Shown here: positions 40,957 to 50,700 of the stretch, piece after piece | Layout of the letters: each line of letters begins with the position of its first letter | Position numbering within the stretch: the first letter of the stretch is position 1 | NCBI GenBank assembly: GCA_963790305.1 | Contig: CAWBOC010000001.1 | Coordinates: 64,001 to 128,000, forward strand | Source: an uncultured Gemmatimonadaceae bacterium | Lineage (GTDB): Bacteria > Gemmatimonadota > Gemmatimonadetes > Gemmatimonadales > Gemmatimonadaceae | Direction of reading: 5' to 3' | Length of the DNA: 64,000 bases | Notes under the pieces: model-generated | The model's database searches: none | Seen by the model: the letters and a program-made list of their open reading frames with translations, nothing else | What the model was told of the DNA's origin: nothing | Program-made: the position numbers and the translations under genes

Positions 40957-42384
40957 TTAGGGGAAATCGGATTGGGTCGAACCACCCATCACCACTGAGT
41001 CGACCGAGCTCTCGGCCGTGTCGGCCCGCGTTGAGAGTGGGCTCGTCCCTCCGCGAAGCACTGCCCAACCGACCAGCCCTGCGACGAGCGACGCGACAAG
41101 GATCCCGAGCTTTGCGGAATCAAGTAGCGGCGGTGCGGCCGGAAACGCGAGGCTCGCGATGAAGATCGACATCGTGAAACCGATCCCGCCGAGACAGCTC
41201 ACTCCGATCAACGCACGCCACGCCGTGCCGGACGGAAGCGCGGCGACACCGATCCGGGTCGCCAGCCAGGCGAACAGCGTAATTCCAATCGGCTTACCGG
41301 CGACGAGGCCGAGAATGGTGCCGGCCGTTATCGGCCACGCGAGTCCGGCGAATAGATCGCCGCCAAAATGCACCCCAGCGTTCGCGAGCGCAAAAAGCGG
41401 CATTATCCCGAAGGCCACGATGCCATGAAGCCCGTGCTCCAGACGCAATAGCGGAGACTGGGCCTGCTCGCACGCGACCTCGAGCTCGTGGATGGCGTGC
41501 TGTTGGTCGGCGTTGGTGAGCACCGTGCTCGCGGGGCTGCAGGAGCGCTCGAAGTCATCGAGAATGCTCCGACCGCGCGCGAGAAACTCGTCCTCGTTAA
41601 TGCGAGTGCGTGACGGAATCGTCATCGCGAGAACGACGCCGGCAATCGTCGCGTGAATGCCGGAGGCGAGAAATGAATGCCCACAACCCAACACCGAGGA
41701 GCGCATAAGCTGCGGGGCGTCGTACTCCGGCAATGTTGCAGAATGATCAGCGCCACGAGAAGCACCGCTCCAGCTGTGAGCGCGGACCACGAGAGAGCAG
41801 CAGTGTAGAAGAACGCTATCACCAGCACCGCGCCGATATCGTCGACGATGGCCAGGGCGGCGAGGAATACTTTGAGCCCGAGCGGCACTCGAGGCCCGAG
41901 CAGTGCGACCACACCGAGCGCGAATGCGATATCGGTCGCCATTGGTATTCCCCAGCCTGGTGCCCCGGGGCCGCCCACGTTCAGCGCTGCATAGATGCCA
42001 GCCGGCACGAGCATCCCACCAAGCGCACCGGCAATGGGAAGGGCGGCCTGCCGCGGAGACGCAAGCTCGCCGACCAACATCTCACGCTTGATCTCGAGCC
42101 CCACCAGAAAGAAGAAGACAGCCATTAAGCCGTCGTTGATCCAATGGTGCAGGCTGAGAGTGAGTCCGTACCCAGGGAATCCAATGGTTAGCGGCACCTC
42201 CCACAGAATGATGGTAGCTCTCCGCCCATGGCGAGTTCGCCCAGCCGAGCGCGAGAGCGGTACACGCCAACAGTACAATTCCACCCGAGGATTCCGTTCG
42301 GGCGAACCGCTGGAACGGATGGAGCACGCGATCAATGAGTCGCGTGGAAGCGCTAGGCGTTTCAGCGACCGGATTGCTGGTCAT
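40957..42384 (-). CDS. nhaA: Na+/H+ antiporter NhaA (several frameshifts)
   Basis: [60 protein letters not shown] across three frames. Confidence 0.9.
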
Positions 42385-42773
42385 GAAATGAGGTGCCGGG
42401 AATGCCGAGTCTGGTCGGAAAGTAGGCTGGTACAATGATGAATGCTCACGCGAGGATTCGCTCAACGTAGCAAGCTGTGAGCGCGGCGAGGTGCCAGGCA
42501 GGGTCAAAGGGCTGCCGGATCCGGCAGCAGCGAGAGAAGCCGTGCCCCCATGCCGGCAGGACCCTTGTCTTCAACAGCCCTCTCAGTTGTTCCGCTGGGT
42601 ACGTAGCGATCACTCGTTATGCGGCAGATCGCTCGCCGGTGTGCCGCTAGTGTGCCAACCTATCCAGAACTCACGCAAACTGCATGAATCTCTGCGAAAC
42701 AAACCGCAAGGTAAGTCTCACCGAAGAGCGGACATAGGCGCACTCAACGCAACGCAGAAAAACAACTCGGGCA

Positions 42774-42831
42774 GACTGTTAATCAGAGGGTCGTGGGTTC
42801 GAGGCCCACCCCGGGAGTTGTTGAAACACAA
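42774..42831 (+). repeat. attR-like direct repeat: 3' half of tRNA-Asn plus 14 bp downstream
   Basis: gactgttaatcagagggtcgtgggttcgaggcccaccccgggagttgttgaaacacaa versus 37400-37457. Confidence 0.9.
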
Positions 42832-42841
42832 TGTTATGCGA

Positions 42842-42874
42842 AAGGGCCGCCCACTGAGGGCGGCCCTTCTTTTT
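42842..42874 (+). terminator. Rho-independent terminator
   Basis: aagggccgccc-actga-gggcggccctt followed by ctttt. Confidence 0.8.
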
Positions 42875-42925
42875 GGGGCGATTGGTCTGCGGATAGCCTG
42901 CCACTCGGCGACCTTGAAGCCCGCA

Positions 42926-44316
42926 TCACCGCTCGACCGCGAAGTGCCCCATCATCCCCTGCTCGTGATGCTCGAGGATGTGGCAGTGGTACATCCACTC
43001 CCCGGGCCGGTCGTCCGCAACCCACGCGATCCGCACGCGACCTTTGGGCGGCACGTTGATCGTGTCCTCCCATGAGCGGAACGCCGGCGGCTCGCCGTTC
43101 ACCTCGAGCACCTGGAAAAAGAAGCCGTGCAGGTGAAATGGATGGTCCATCATCGTGTCGTTGATGACGTCCCACACCTGCAGCTCGCCGACCTTCACCG
43201 GCTTGTCGCGGTGGTGCGGCTCCTTGTTGACGACGAACGTTACGCCGTGCCGCAGACTGGGCTTGAATCCCAGGTGAACCTCGCGCGTGGGTGAAACCGG
43301 TCCCGACACCAGCGGCTCGATACGCCGAAGGGTCGACGGGATCACCGCCTGCGACGGCGCAGCCGGCCCCACGCGCACCGTCGCGAACAGCTCGTTCTTC
43401 GCGCGGGCAACCGTCATTCGGTTGTACTTCAGTGCCTCGACGCGCGATCGTCTCTCCCTCGGTGAACGGTCCCACCGCGATGTCCACGCGGTCGGCCGGC
43501 GTGAGAAGCACCTCGTTTACGGTCACCGGCGCTTCGATCAGTCCGCCGTCGGTGCCGAGGATCGTGAAGGGCCGCCCGCCGATCGAGAGGCGGACGTAGC
43601 GCGCGCTCGATGCGTTGACGATCCGCCAGCGCTCGATCTGGCCGGCTGCCATGGTGAGCTCCGGCTCGGCCTTGCCATTGACCAGCCGAGTGCCGCCCTG
43701 ACGACCATCGTGTCCCTCGATCAGGCCGCCGAGCTTCTTGATCTGTCCCTTGCGGTCGAGCTTCACGTCGTCGAATACCAGCACCCGCTCGGCATCCAGT
43801 GTCGGCTCGTTAGGTCCGCGCACGATGAGCGCCCCGTAGAGCCCACGCTCGAGCTGCACCGTCTCGTTCATGTGCGGGTGATACCAGAACGTGCCGGCGT
43901 CACGGAGCGTGAAGCGATACGTGAACGTGTCGCCAGGCTTGATTGGGCGCTGGACCATGTCGGTGCCGTCCATCGCGGCCGGCAGGCGGAGCCCATGCCA
44001 GTGGATGACGGTCGGCTCGGGAAGGTGGTTGGTGAGTCGCAGCTCCAGGACATCGCCGACACGCGCTTCGATGACCGGTCCCGGGATCTGACCGTTGAAG
44101 CCCCACGCCCTGGTCATAATGCCAGGGACGAACTCCCAGTCGGTCTCTCGAGCTTCAAGGTCCACCTCGACAACCGACCCATCGGCGTGTGGTACTGCGG
44201 CGTCGTACGCTTGCGTGTAGGCAGCAAGCGCGTCACCTGCTAGCTCCATGGACGGCAGGTCCATGCCCGTGTGTGTGCTCTCCCTTTCCGTGGTCGTGAT
44301 GATGTGATCCCGACAT
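42926..44316 (-). CDS. Three-domain multicopper oxidase with His-rich N-terminus (frameshifts near 44240 and 43440)
   Basis: HWHG, WYHPH, HPFHLHG, HCHILEHHEQGMM; probable start MSGSHHHDHGKGEHTHGHG. Confidence 0.88.
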
Positions 44317-44477
44317 AGGAGTGTCCGCGCAAAGGTTGTGGATGGAAGCAGCGACGTCATCAAGCCGGGCCGGCGGGCGCGTACCAGTCGCGTGGGGCAT
44401 CGGCAGGACACGCGCAATATGTTGTTAGGTCGGCCATGGGTAAAGATCGGAGCGCGCTCAACGGACCGGCCCCTTCC

Positions 44478-45432
44478 TCACAGTTTCACCTGGACTCCCG
44501 AAATCAGCGACCGCAGCGCGCGTTTGACGGGAGGCGGCATGCTGCTGTCGTACTGCTCCCTGAACGCAATCGAGAGCCCGAAGTTCGTCGTCATCATTCC
44601 AACAAGCCGCGCGTTGAATTCCGCTTGCCGGTATGGTGTGGTGGCACGCAGGCTCCAGAAGTAATGCATGTCCTGTTGGAAGCTGATCATGGGCGTCAGT
44701 TGCAGGGATAGGACATTGTGCACACCGGTAATTGGTCCCTCGACACCGGCCGGGACGTTCGCCGCAAATGAGAGCACTCGCCCGTACTCGGTCTGTTCAT
44801 TCTTTCCGTACCCAAGCCCCGGCGCGAGCAGCAGCGACACTCGGGCTGACTTCACGACGAAGTACCCCAGGCCAGCGATCGTCGTAGAACGGTACTTCAA
44901 GTATTGCACATGGTTGACCTCGAACTGGCTTCGACCCATCAACACCACGCGCGGCGTGAGCATCCGGCGCCCACCAAGCGTCAGCCCCCACTGATCCACG
45001 TCGGCGGAGTCTGGTTCCCGGCGCCAGTAACTCAAATTCCCGTCGAGCGTGAGCGCACCTCGCGCACCGCTCCGCGCAACTCCGAGGGTCATCTGTGCGC
45101 CCAGCGTCGAGCCCGCGATGCCGGGCGCAATCGTCGATATGTGCGTCATGGAGGCGGTCAGCTGTACCGGACCACGGGGAGGGAGGAGGAGGCGGCGGCG
45201 GTACGGGCGACCGCGATGCGACGGCGGCCGAATCGATCACCACCTCGCCCAGTCCATCCACGGAGATGTGAATCTTGCCGTCTCCGGCCGCCGTCACGCG
45301 TCCCACCAGGCTACTGCCGCCGACCAGCTGGATGACCTCCAGCGATGCGGGCGTGGGTGTCTGAGCCGCCACACGGTGGGTGGGGGCGCACACCAGCAGA
45401 ATGAAAGCGGGAAGAAGGTGCGATGGCCGCAT
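44478..45432 (-). CDS. DUF481-like outer-membrane beta-barrel protein (frameshift near 45160)
   Basis: Signal peptide, small beta domain, poly-Pro then PWSG, alternating beta strands ending GVQVKL. Confidence 0.6.
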
Positions 45433-45434
45433 GG

Positions 45435-46781
45435 TTAGTGTCTCGCCAGAGGTTTGGAGGTTCGGACGGCGACGACGACTTCACGAATCGCCTGGCTGGA
45501 GAATGCCGCTTCCGTCTTGTTGACAGTCAACGAGCCATGAGTGGCCGTTGGAAGCAACCAGTGACTGCTGTTGGTGGACAGTTTCGGAAGATCATCCTGC
45601 AGCGCCGCCCAGCCTTCCTGTGCGTCTGTCAACGCGGTAACGACCATCAGCGGGCGATCGCCTAACGTGACGAGAGCGCCCGCTTGCTCCATGGCTCGCG
45701 GTGCTGACGCCCATTCGTCACGTTGGCTGCGAGCCATGCGGGCCGTGGACCAGAACAAGTGCTCTTCGGCGGCCGATTCACTGGGCAAGCTGTCAAACGA
45801 GTGTCGGTACGCGACCCGCCCCACTCCGAATCGGGCGAGGGACGGAAACAGCGCCGAGATGCGACGAAATCCATCGTAGAATCGCGGATAGGCTGGCAGC
45901 GTGAATTGGCGTGGGTCTGTCGAGTCGAGCAGCACGATGCCGGCTGTCTGATTCGGGTACCGCGCCGCGAACGCGCGCACATAGAGGCCACCGAAAGAAT
46001 GACCTGCCAGCACATACGGGGGTGTCTCGCGCGCGCTCGTCAGCAACGCATTGAGGTCGGTGGCGACGGCGATGCCGTCCTGCTGGCCTGGAGCAGGGTC
46101 ACTCCACCCGCGTCCCGCGCGATCGTACACACACACTCTGGTGTCGCGCGCAACGTCGGGAGCAATCCATCCCCATACCGCCGAGGTAGAACCATACCCT
46201 GGCACCAGCACGACCGTCGGCCTACCTGACCCCGCGCAGTGCAGATACATGCGACGCCCGTCACCCACATCGACGAGCTGACCGCGCATGCGGTGCGCGC
46301 GGAGATCGAGGGACTCCCGCACCGTCTCATAACCTCCGGCTATGGCCGCAAACGCCATGACCGCGAACAATGGATAGATCAGCCAGGAGCGAATGCGACT
46401 GTGGAGCTCACGACGCACGCGCAGCGTCATCCAAACGACCAACGCGAGCAGCAGGACCGGTGCTACCCACGCGATCGCGGCAGTCGACACGACGCCCGGC
46501 CAGAGGAGGAGAACGGTGCCTGCCAGCGCAAGCCACCCGGCCGCTATCATCGCCCATCGCTGCGGTTGATCACTCCGTCGAGCCGACAGCGCGGCGAGCA
46601 GCACAGCCCCGGCAGCGAACGCAAAAAGGACCGCCGCACTGATCACGTTCTCACGAGCGCCGGCGACGACAACGATGACCAGGACGATGGAAAGAAGGAC
46701 CGCGGCCAATAAGGACACGATCACGATCCAGGCGATATTGCGCGTCGAGGGAAGCGGAGGCGATGGGTCAGGAATCGGCAT
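45435..46781 (-). CDS. Membrane-anchored alpha/beta hydrolase
   Basis: N-terminal TM helices; YDRAGRGWS, GHSFGG nucleophile elbow. Confidence 0.88.
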   Translation of the reverse strand: MPIPDPSPPLPSTRNIAWIVIVSLLAAVLLSIVLVIVVVAGARENVISAAVLFAFAAGAVLLAALSARRSDQPQRWAMIAAGWLALAGTVLLLWPGVVSTAAIAWVAPVLLLALVVWMTLRVRRELHSRIRSWLIYPLFAVMAFAAIAGGYETVRESLDLRAHRMRGQLVDVGDGRRMYLHCAGSGRPTVVLVPGYGSTSAVWGWIAPDVARDTRVCVYDRAGRGWSDPAPGQQDGIAVATDLNALLTSARETPPYVLAGHSFGGLYVRAFAARYPNQTAGIVLLDSTDPRQFTLPAYPRFYDGFRRISALFPSLARFGVGRVAYRHSFDSLPSESAAEEHLFWSTARMARSQRDEWASAPRAMEQAGALVTLGDRPLMVVTALTDAQEGWAALQDDLPKLSTNSSHWLLPTATHGSLTVNKTEAAFSSQAIREVVVAVRTSKPLARH

Positions 46782-46980
46782 CACCGGACCTCTCTTGGAA
46801 GGGGACGCCGCGAGAACGTGCGACGCCGGTCTGCATACCTGGTAGAATTCCCCAAATGTGGCGCGGTATCAGCCAAGCCGGAACGATGCGCAAAGGGTAA
46901 AGACGGCCGCGTGCCAATACGGGTCCGGGAATGGATGCTTCTCAGGCGCAACGTCGGCGAAATCACTTGAGGAGGTACGC

Positions 46981-47394
46981 ATGGAATACGCGATCGGAAC
47001 CGTTGTCGCTCTGCTCACTGCCCTCTTCGCGAGACTGACGCGGTTCGACCAGGATCGTGCATTCTATCCGACGGTGCTCGTCGTGATCGCCTTGTATTAC
47101 ATCTTGTTCGCGGCCATGGGAGGATCGGCTCACGCGCTCCGACTGGAATCCATTCAACTCGCCATTTTCGCGGGTATCGCAGTCGTCGGATTCAGGTCGA
47201 GCCTGTGGTGGGTCGTTGCAGGTTTGGCCGGTCACGGAGTATTCGATCTCGCTCACGGGCATCTAGTACAGAATCCGGGTGTGCCCGCTTGGTGGCCAGG
47301 CTTCTGTTCGGCCGCCGATGTGTTCCTTGCAGCGAGCCTGGGGTGGCTTCTGTATCGCGGAGTCGTACTCGCACGAGCTGTTCGCCTCTCGTAG
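46981..47394 (+). CDS. Hypothetical membrane protein
   Basis: GAGGAGG RBS; several TM helices; HGVFDLAH..PGVPAWWPGFC. Confidence 0.7.
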   Translation: MEYAIGTVVALLTALFARLTRFDQDRAFYPTVLVVIALYYILFAAMGGSAHALRLESIQLAIFAGIAVVGFRSSLWWVVAGLAGHGVFDLAHGHLVQNPGVPAWWPGFCSAADVFLAASLGWLLYRGVVLARAVRLS

Positions 47395-47541
47395 CTCGTT
47401 TCTCGCCGCGCCGAGGTCCGACGCTCGTGGATTTTGTTGTGGTCGACCGCTGTCGCGGCGCTGATTATGCGAAACGGGGATGACCATGGTTCACCAGCCC
47501 CTTCCTCGCCCTTTCATCCCCGCCGGGGATCCAGCAACGCT

Positions 47542-47880
47542 GTGAAGGGGGACGCGCGGGACGAAGCGATTCTGGAAACGCTCACCGGCCTGTACAACAC
47601 CGGTGAGCTGCAATGCGCCGAAGGGCGACTGCGCATCTCGCCGCTTTTCGATACCGACGAAATACGTCTCCGGGGGCCGAGCGCCTGGGACTACAGTGTC
47701 CGCTTCGGCGAGGACCGCTTGAGGGACCTCATCAACGAAAGCCGAGTCCCTGTGTCCGAAGAGCTCGTGAGGATGTTGCTCTGCCTCATCTATCATCACC
47801 CAGACCGACACGCGTGGGTGACCAAGGAGCGCGCCGAGCGCTACCGCGCGGACGCGAGCGAGCGGACCCGGCCGGGGTGA
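47542..47880 (+). CDS. Hypothetical protein (start uncertain)
   Basis: Open frame with globular-looking composition; no family recognised. Confidence 0.35.
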   Translation: MKGDARDEAILETLTGLYNTGELQCAEGRLRISPLFDTDEIRLRGPSAWDYSVRFGEDRLRDLINESRVPVSEELVRMLLCLIYHHPDRHAWVTKERAERYRADASERTRPG

Positions 47881-47907
47881 TGGCCTAACCGCCAGGAACC
47901 CCTGTCG

Positions 47908-48177
47908 TCATTGGATCGGCTGGATGCAGGACGCGACCATCTCATCGACAGTCCCGTCGACCAGCACGCCCGCCGTCGCCATGTCCCCGGAGGATCGAAG
48001 ATCGCCGACTCGCTGCCGAATCGCGTTCGCGATTTCGAAGTCAGCAACGCCTCGATCGCGAAGATCCTCGACGTACTCGCAGATCGCGTCGCGCAGGACT
48101 TCGAGCGAAGCGCGATGTTGAGCGTCGGCCGACAGGAGAGCCTGACGCAATGCGGGCGAGAAGGGATGCTCCTTCCC
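47908..48177 (-). CDS. Small helical hypothetical protein (start uncertain)
   Basis: LRDAICEYVEDLRDRG..VDEMVASCI; resembles the next ORF. Confidence 0.5.
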   Translation of the reverse strand, partial: GKEHPFSPALRQALLSADAQHRASLEVLRDAICEYVEDLRDRGVADFEIANAIRQRVGDLRSSGDMATAGVLVDGTVDEMVASCIQPIQ

Positions 48178-48324
48178 ATTTCTACTGGATGCAGGTGACA
48201 CGGGACGCCTCCAAATGAGGCGTCGCCAGAAGCGCCTGTAGATTGTGCGACGTGCCACTCGGGAGCGTAGCGGGCTGGTGAGCGAACCGCGAATCAACCG
48301 CTCCCGATGCGAGGTCGATCGGCG

Positions 48325-48720
48325 CTAGGTGCCGTCCCCCGGCCGGCCGCGTCGTGCTGAAGCGGGCAGTATGGTCGCGGGGTAGTATGCCAGGATGGAC
48401 CAGCGAATGATCTCGTCCATGAAAAGGTCCGCCGCGCGCGCGGCCACCGGATGCTCGAGGGACGGGTGCGACACCGTATGCTGCATGAAGGCACGCATGG
48501 TGACGACCATCGCCTCGGGCAGCATTCCCTGCTGCTGAAGCTCCTCGACGCAGGCCCCAATGGCCGCGCGAAGCTCTGTTACCGCGGCGGCGTGCCTGCG
48601 AAAGGCGCTCTCGAGCGCGAGCTCGACGCGGGCGGAAACACGAGGCGTGAGCGCGAAAGGCGGTTCGCGAACGGCGATGGTGTTGGGCAACGGTCGGCTC
48701 CCGCCTTCGGAGGCGCCGCC
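48325..48720 (-). CDS. Small helical hypothetical protein (start uncertain)
   Basis: LRAAIGACVEELQQQGMLPE..MDEIIRWSILAYY. Confidence 0.5.
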   Translation of the reverse strand, partial: GGASEGGSRPLPNTIAVREPPFALTPRVSARVELALESAFRRHAAAVTELRAAIGACVEELQQQGMLPEAMVVTMRAFMQHTVSHPSLEHPVAARAADLFMDEIIRWSILAYYPATILPASARRGRPGDGT

Positions 48721-48964
48721 AGAAGCGCCGTAATCATGCTCACGAGCGGGACGCGCGGAGCTGGTGACGACCCCCGCACCTATGGACCATAACGTCGGCG
48801 ACTGAGCGGTACAAGAGCCGCGGCCGATGAGCTGCACTTCGCCGCACCTTCCTTGACGCATGTATCCGCCTGTCTATGTTGGACAGGTAGCCGGCCAAAG
48901 CCCGCCGCGTGCGTGCGACGTCCGTCGCATAAGCGCTTCGCGGTGAGCGAGATGGAGGTGGAGG

Positions 48965-49915
48965 ATGGAGAGACCGCGCGCATCCATCGCGATCGCCGCG
49001 ACGATCCTCAGTGTCCTGCTCGCGGGGGTGTTCCTCGCCGCCGGCGTTCCCAAGCTCATCGGCGCCGAGCCGCTGATTCTCCAGGCCGCCGCGATGCGCG
49101 GATTCCCCGAGTGGATCCGCATCGTCGTCGCGATCGTCGAGGTCATCGGGGCAATCGGGCTTCTCATTCCGGCGACGTCCGCCGTTTCCGCAACGCTGCT
49201 CGCCTTGCTGATGGTTCCGGCGGCGATCACGCAGCGGGTCAGCGGAGAGCCAGGCATTCTCGTCCCGGCTGCGCTCTTCATCCTGCTCCTCATCCTCGCG
49301 GCGCTTCGCCAACCCGATGCCTTGCGCAGGATCTGGCGCGAAGCGCGCCACGCACCACACCCGGTATTTCGCGAAGGTGTGATCGCGGGTGTCCTCGGTG
49401 CCACCGCGATCGCCGTGTGGTTCTTCATCGTCGATCTGGTCGCCGGCCAGACGCTGTTCACACCGACGACGCTTGGACGAGCGGTGTTCAGCGTGCTCGG
49501 GGCAGTGCCCGACAGCGAGAGCCCGATCATCCACGTGCTCGCGTACACCCTCTTTCACTACGCCGCGTTCATCACGCTCGGAATCGTCGCGGCGGCGATG
49601 GTGCGTCTCGCCGGTGACGAGCCGTCGGTGCTGCTCGGGTTCGTGATCCTGTTCGTCGCGTTCGAGGTGGGGTTCTACGCCTTCGTCGCGGTGCTGTCAC
49701 AGGTGAGCCCGCTCGGCGAGCTGGCCTGGTGGCAGGTGATGGTTGGGAACCTGATCGCGGCCGCGGCAATGGGGATCTATCTTGCTGCGGAAACACCCCG
49801 TGCTGCGAGAGCAGTTCAGGCACTCGATGGACGCGCAGCCGTGGAGGACGACGAGGCTGAGGTGATCGAGGTGCGTCGAGGGGTCGAGGTGATCAAGGTC
49901 AGACAGCAGCCTTGA
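48965..49915 (+). CDS. DoxX-like membrane protein fused to a second multi-TM domain
   Basis: FLAAGVPKL, EVIGAIGLLIP; tail runs into a family-A repeat. Confidence 0.75.
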   Translation: MERPRASIAIAATILSVLLAGVFLAAGVPKLIGAEPLILQAAAMRGFPEWIRIVVAIVEVIGAIGLLIPATSAVSATLLALLMVPAAITQRVSGEPGILVPAALFILLLILAALRQPDALRRIWREARHAPHPVFREGVIAGVLGATAIAVWFFIVDLVAGQTLFTPTTLGRAVFSVLGAVPDSESPIIHVLAYTLFHYAAFITLGIVAAAMVRLAGDEPSVLLGFVILFVAFEVGFYAFVAVLSQVSPLGELAWWQVMVGNLIAAAAMGIYLAAETPRAARAVQALDGRAAVEDDEAEVIEVRRGVEVIKVRQQP

Positions 49916-49949
49916 CTCCTCGATCATCCTCGACGCACCTCGACAACCT
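49853..49949. repeat. Palindromic tandem-repeat element, family A, between convergent genes
   Basis: gaggtgatcgaggtgcgtcgaggggtcgaggtgatcaaggtc...cttgactcctcgatcatcctcgacgcacctcgacaacct. Confidence 0.85.
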
Positions 49950-50522
49950 GCTTCTCTCCAGCCTTTCCCGTACCACCGGCCACTCGCGATCCAGAATGCT
50001 GTACATGGCGGAGTCGCGAATTCGTCCCGACGCCGTGATCAGGTGTGCGCGCAGGATTCCCTCCTCCACCGCCCCGATCCTGAGAATCGCCGCGCGCGAC
50101 TGCTGATTGAGTGCATCCGTCTTGAGCTCGACGCGGATGCAGCCGAGCACGTCGAACGCGTGGCGGAGCATCAGATACTTCGCCTCGGTGTTGCACGCCG
50201 TGCGCTGACGGTCGCGGCGTAGCCAGGTCCACCCGATTTCCACACGGCGGTTCGACATATCGATGTTGCCGAACCGCGTGCTGCCAATGATCTCTCCGGT
50301 CGAGGCATCCAGCGTCGCGAACGGCAGCGCGGTGCCGGCGCGCTGCGCCTCGAGCGCCGCGTCGACGTAGACTCGCATGTCCTCCAACGACGCGATCTGC
50401 GTCAGCGTCCACCGCCACAGCTCCTGATCGGCGGCTGCCGCGAACATCGCCTCCGTGTGCGCGAGCGTGAGCGGCTCGAGCCGAACATGACGGCCCGACA
50501 GCGTGACGGGACTGACCTTCAC
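49899..50522 (-). CDS. GNAT N-acetyltransferase (RimJ/RimL-like)
   Basis: VEIGWTWL, NTEAKYLML, RVELKTDALNQQSRAAILRIGA. Confidence 0.9.
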   Translation of the reverse strand: MKVSPVTLSGRHVRLEPLTLAHTEAMFAAAADQELWRWTLTQIASLEDMRVYVDAALEAQRAGTALPFATLDASTGEIIGSTRFGNIDMSNRRVEIGWTWLRRDRQRTACNTEAKYLMLRHAFDVLGCIRVELKTDALNQQSRAAILRIGAVEEGILRAHLITASGRIRDSAMYSILDREWPVVRERLERSRLSRCVEDDRGVKAAV

Positions 50523-50700
50523 GGAATGTTCGGGTGGGGGTGGGCAAGGAAGGTAGACCAGGGTGCCGACGCGCGATCGACACCCCTGGTCTACCTCTTG
50601 GTTCCTACGTCATCCCCGAAGCCCGACTACGTAGGTCGGCGGATGGGTGCGCCGGATTGACCAGGTCGCACATTGCTCCCATGCGGACCTGGAGTGGGCC

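Larger units (their letters stand above)
37444..42817. mobile_element. Integrase-less genomic islet at tRNA-Asn (fluoride/Na+ homeostasis cargo)
   Basis: Flanked by direct repeats 37400-37457 and 42774-42831 (tRNA 3' half + tgttgaaacacaa, 2 mismatches). Confidence 0.7.

Noticed and set aside
42774..42817. Second tRNA-Asn gene
   Set aside because: Lacks the 5' acceptor strand and D arm; it is an att-like fragment.
37444..50500. Prophage, integron or IS in the accessory region
   Set aside because: No integrase, transposase, phage structural genes or attC-like sites recognised.
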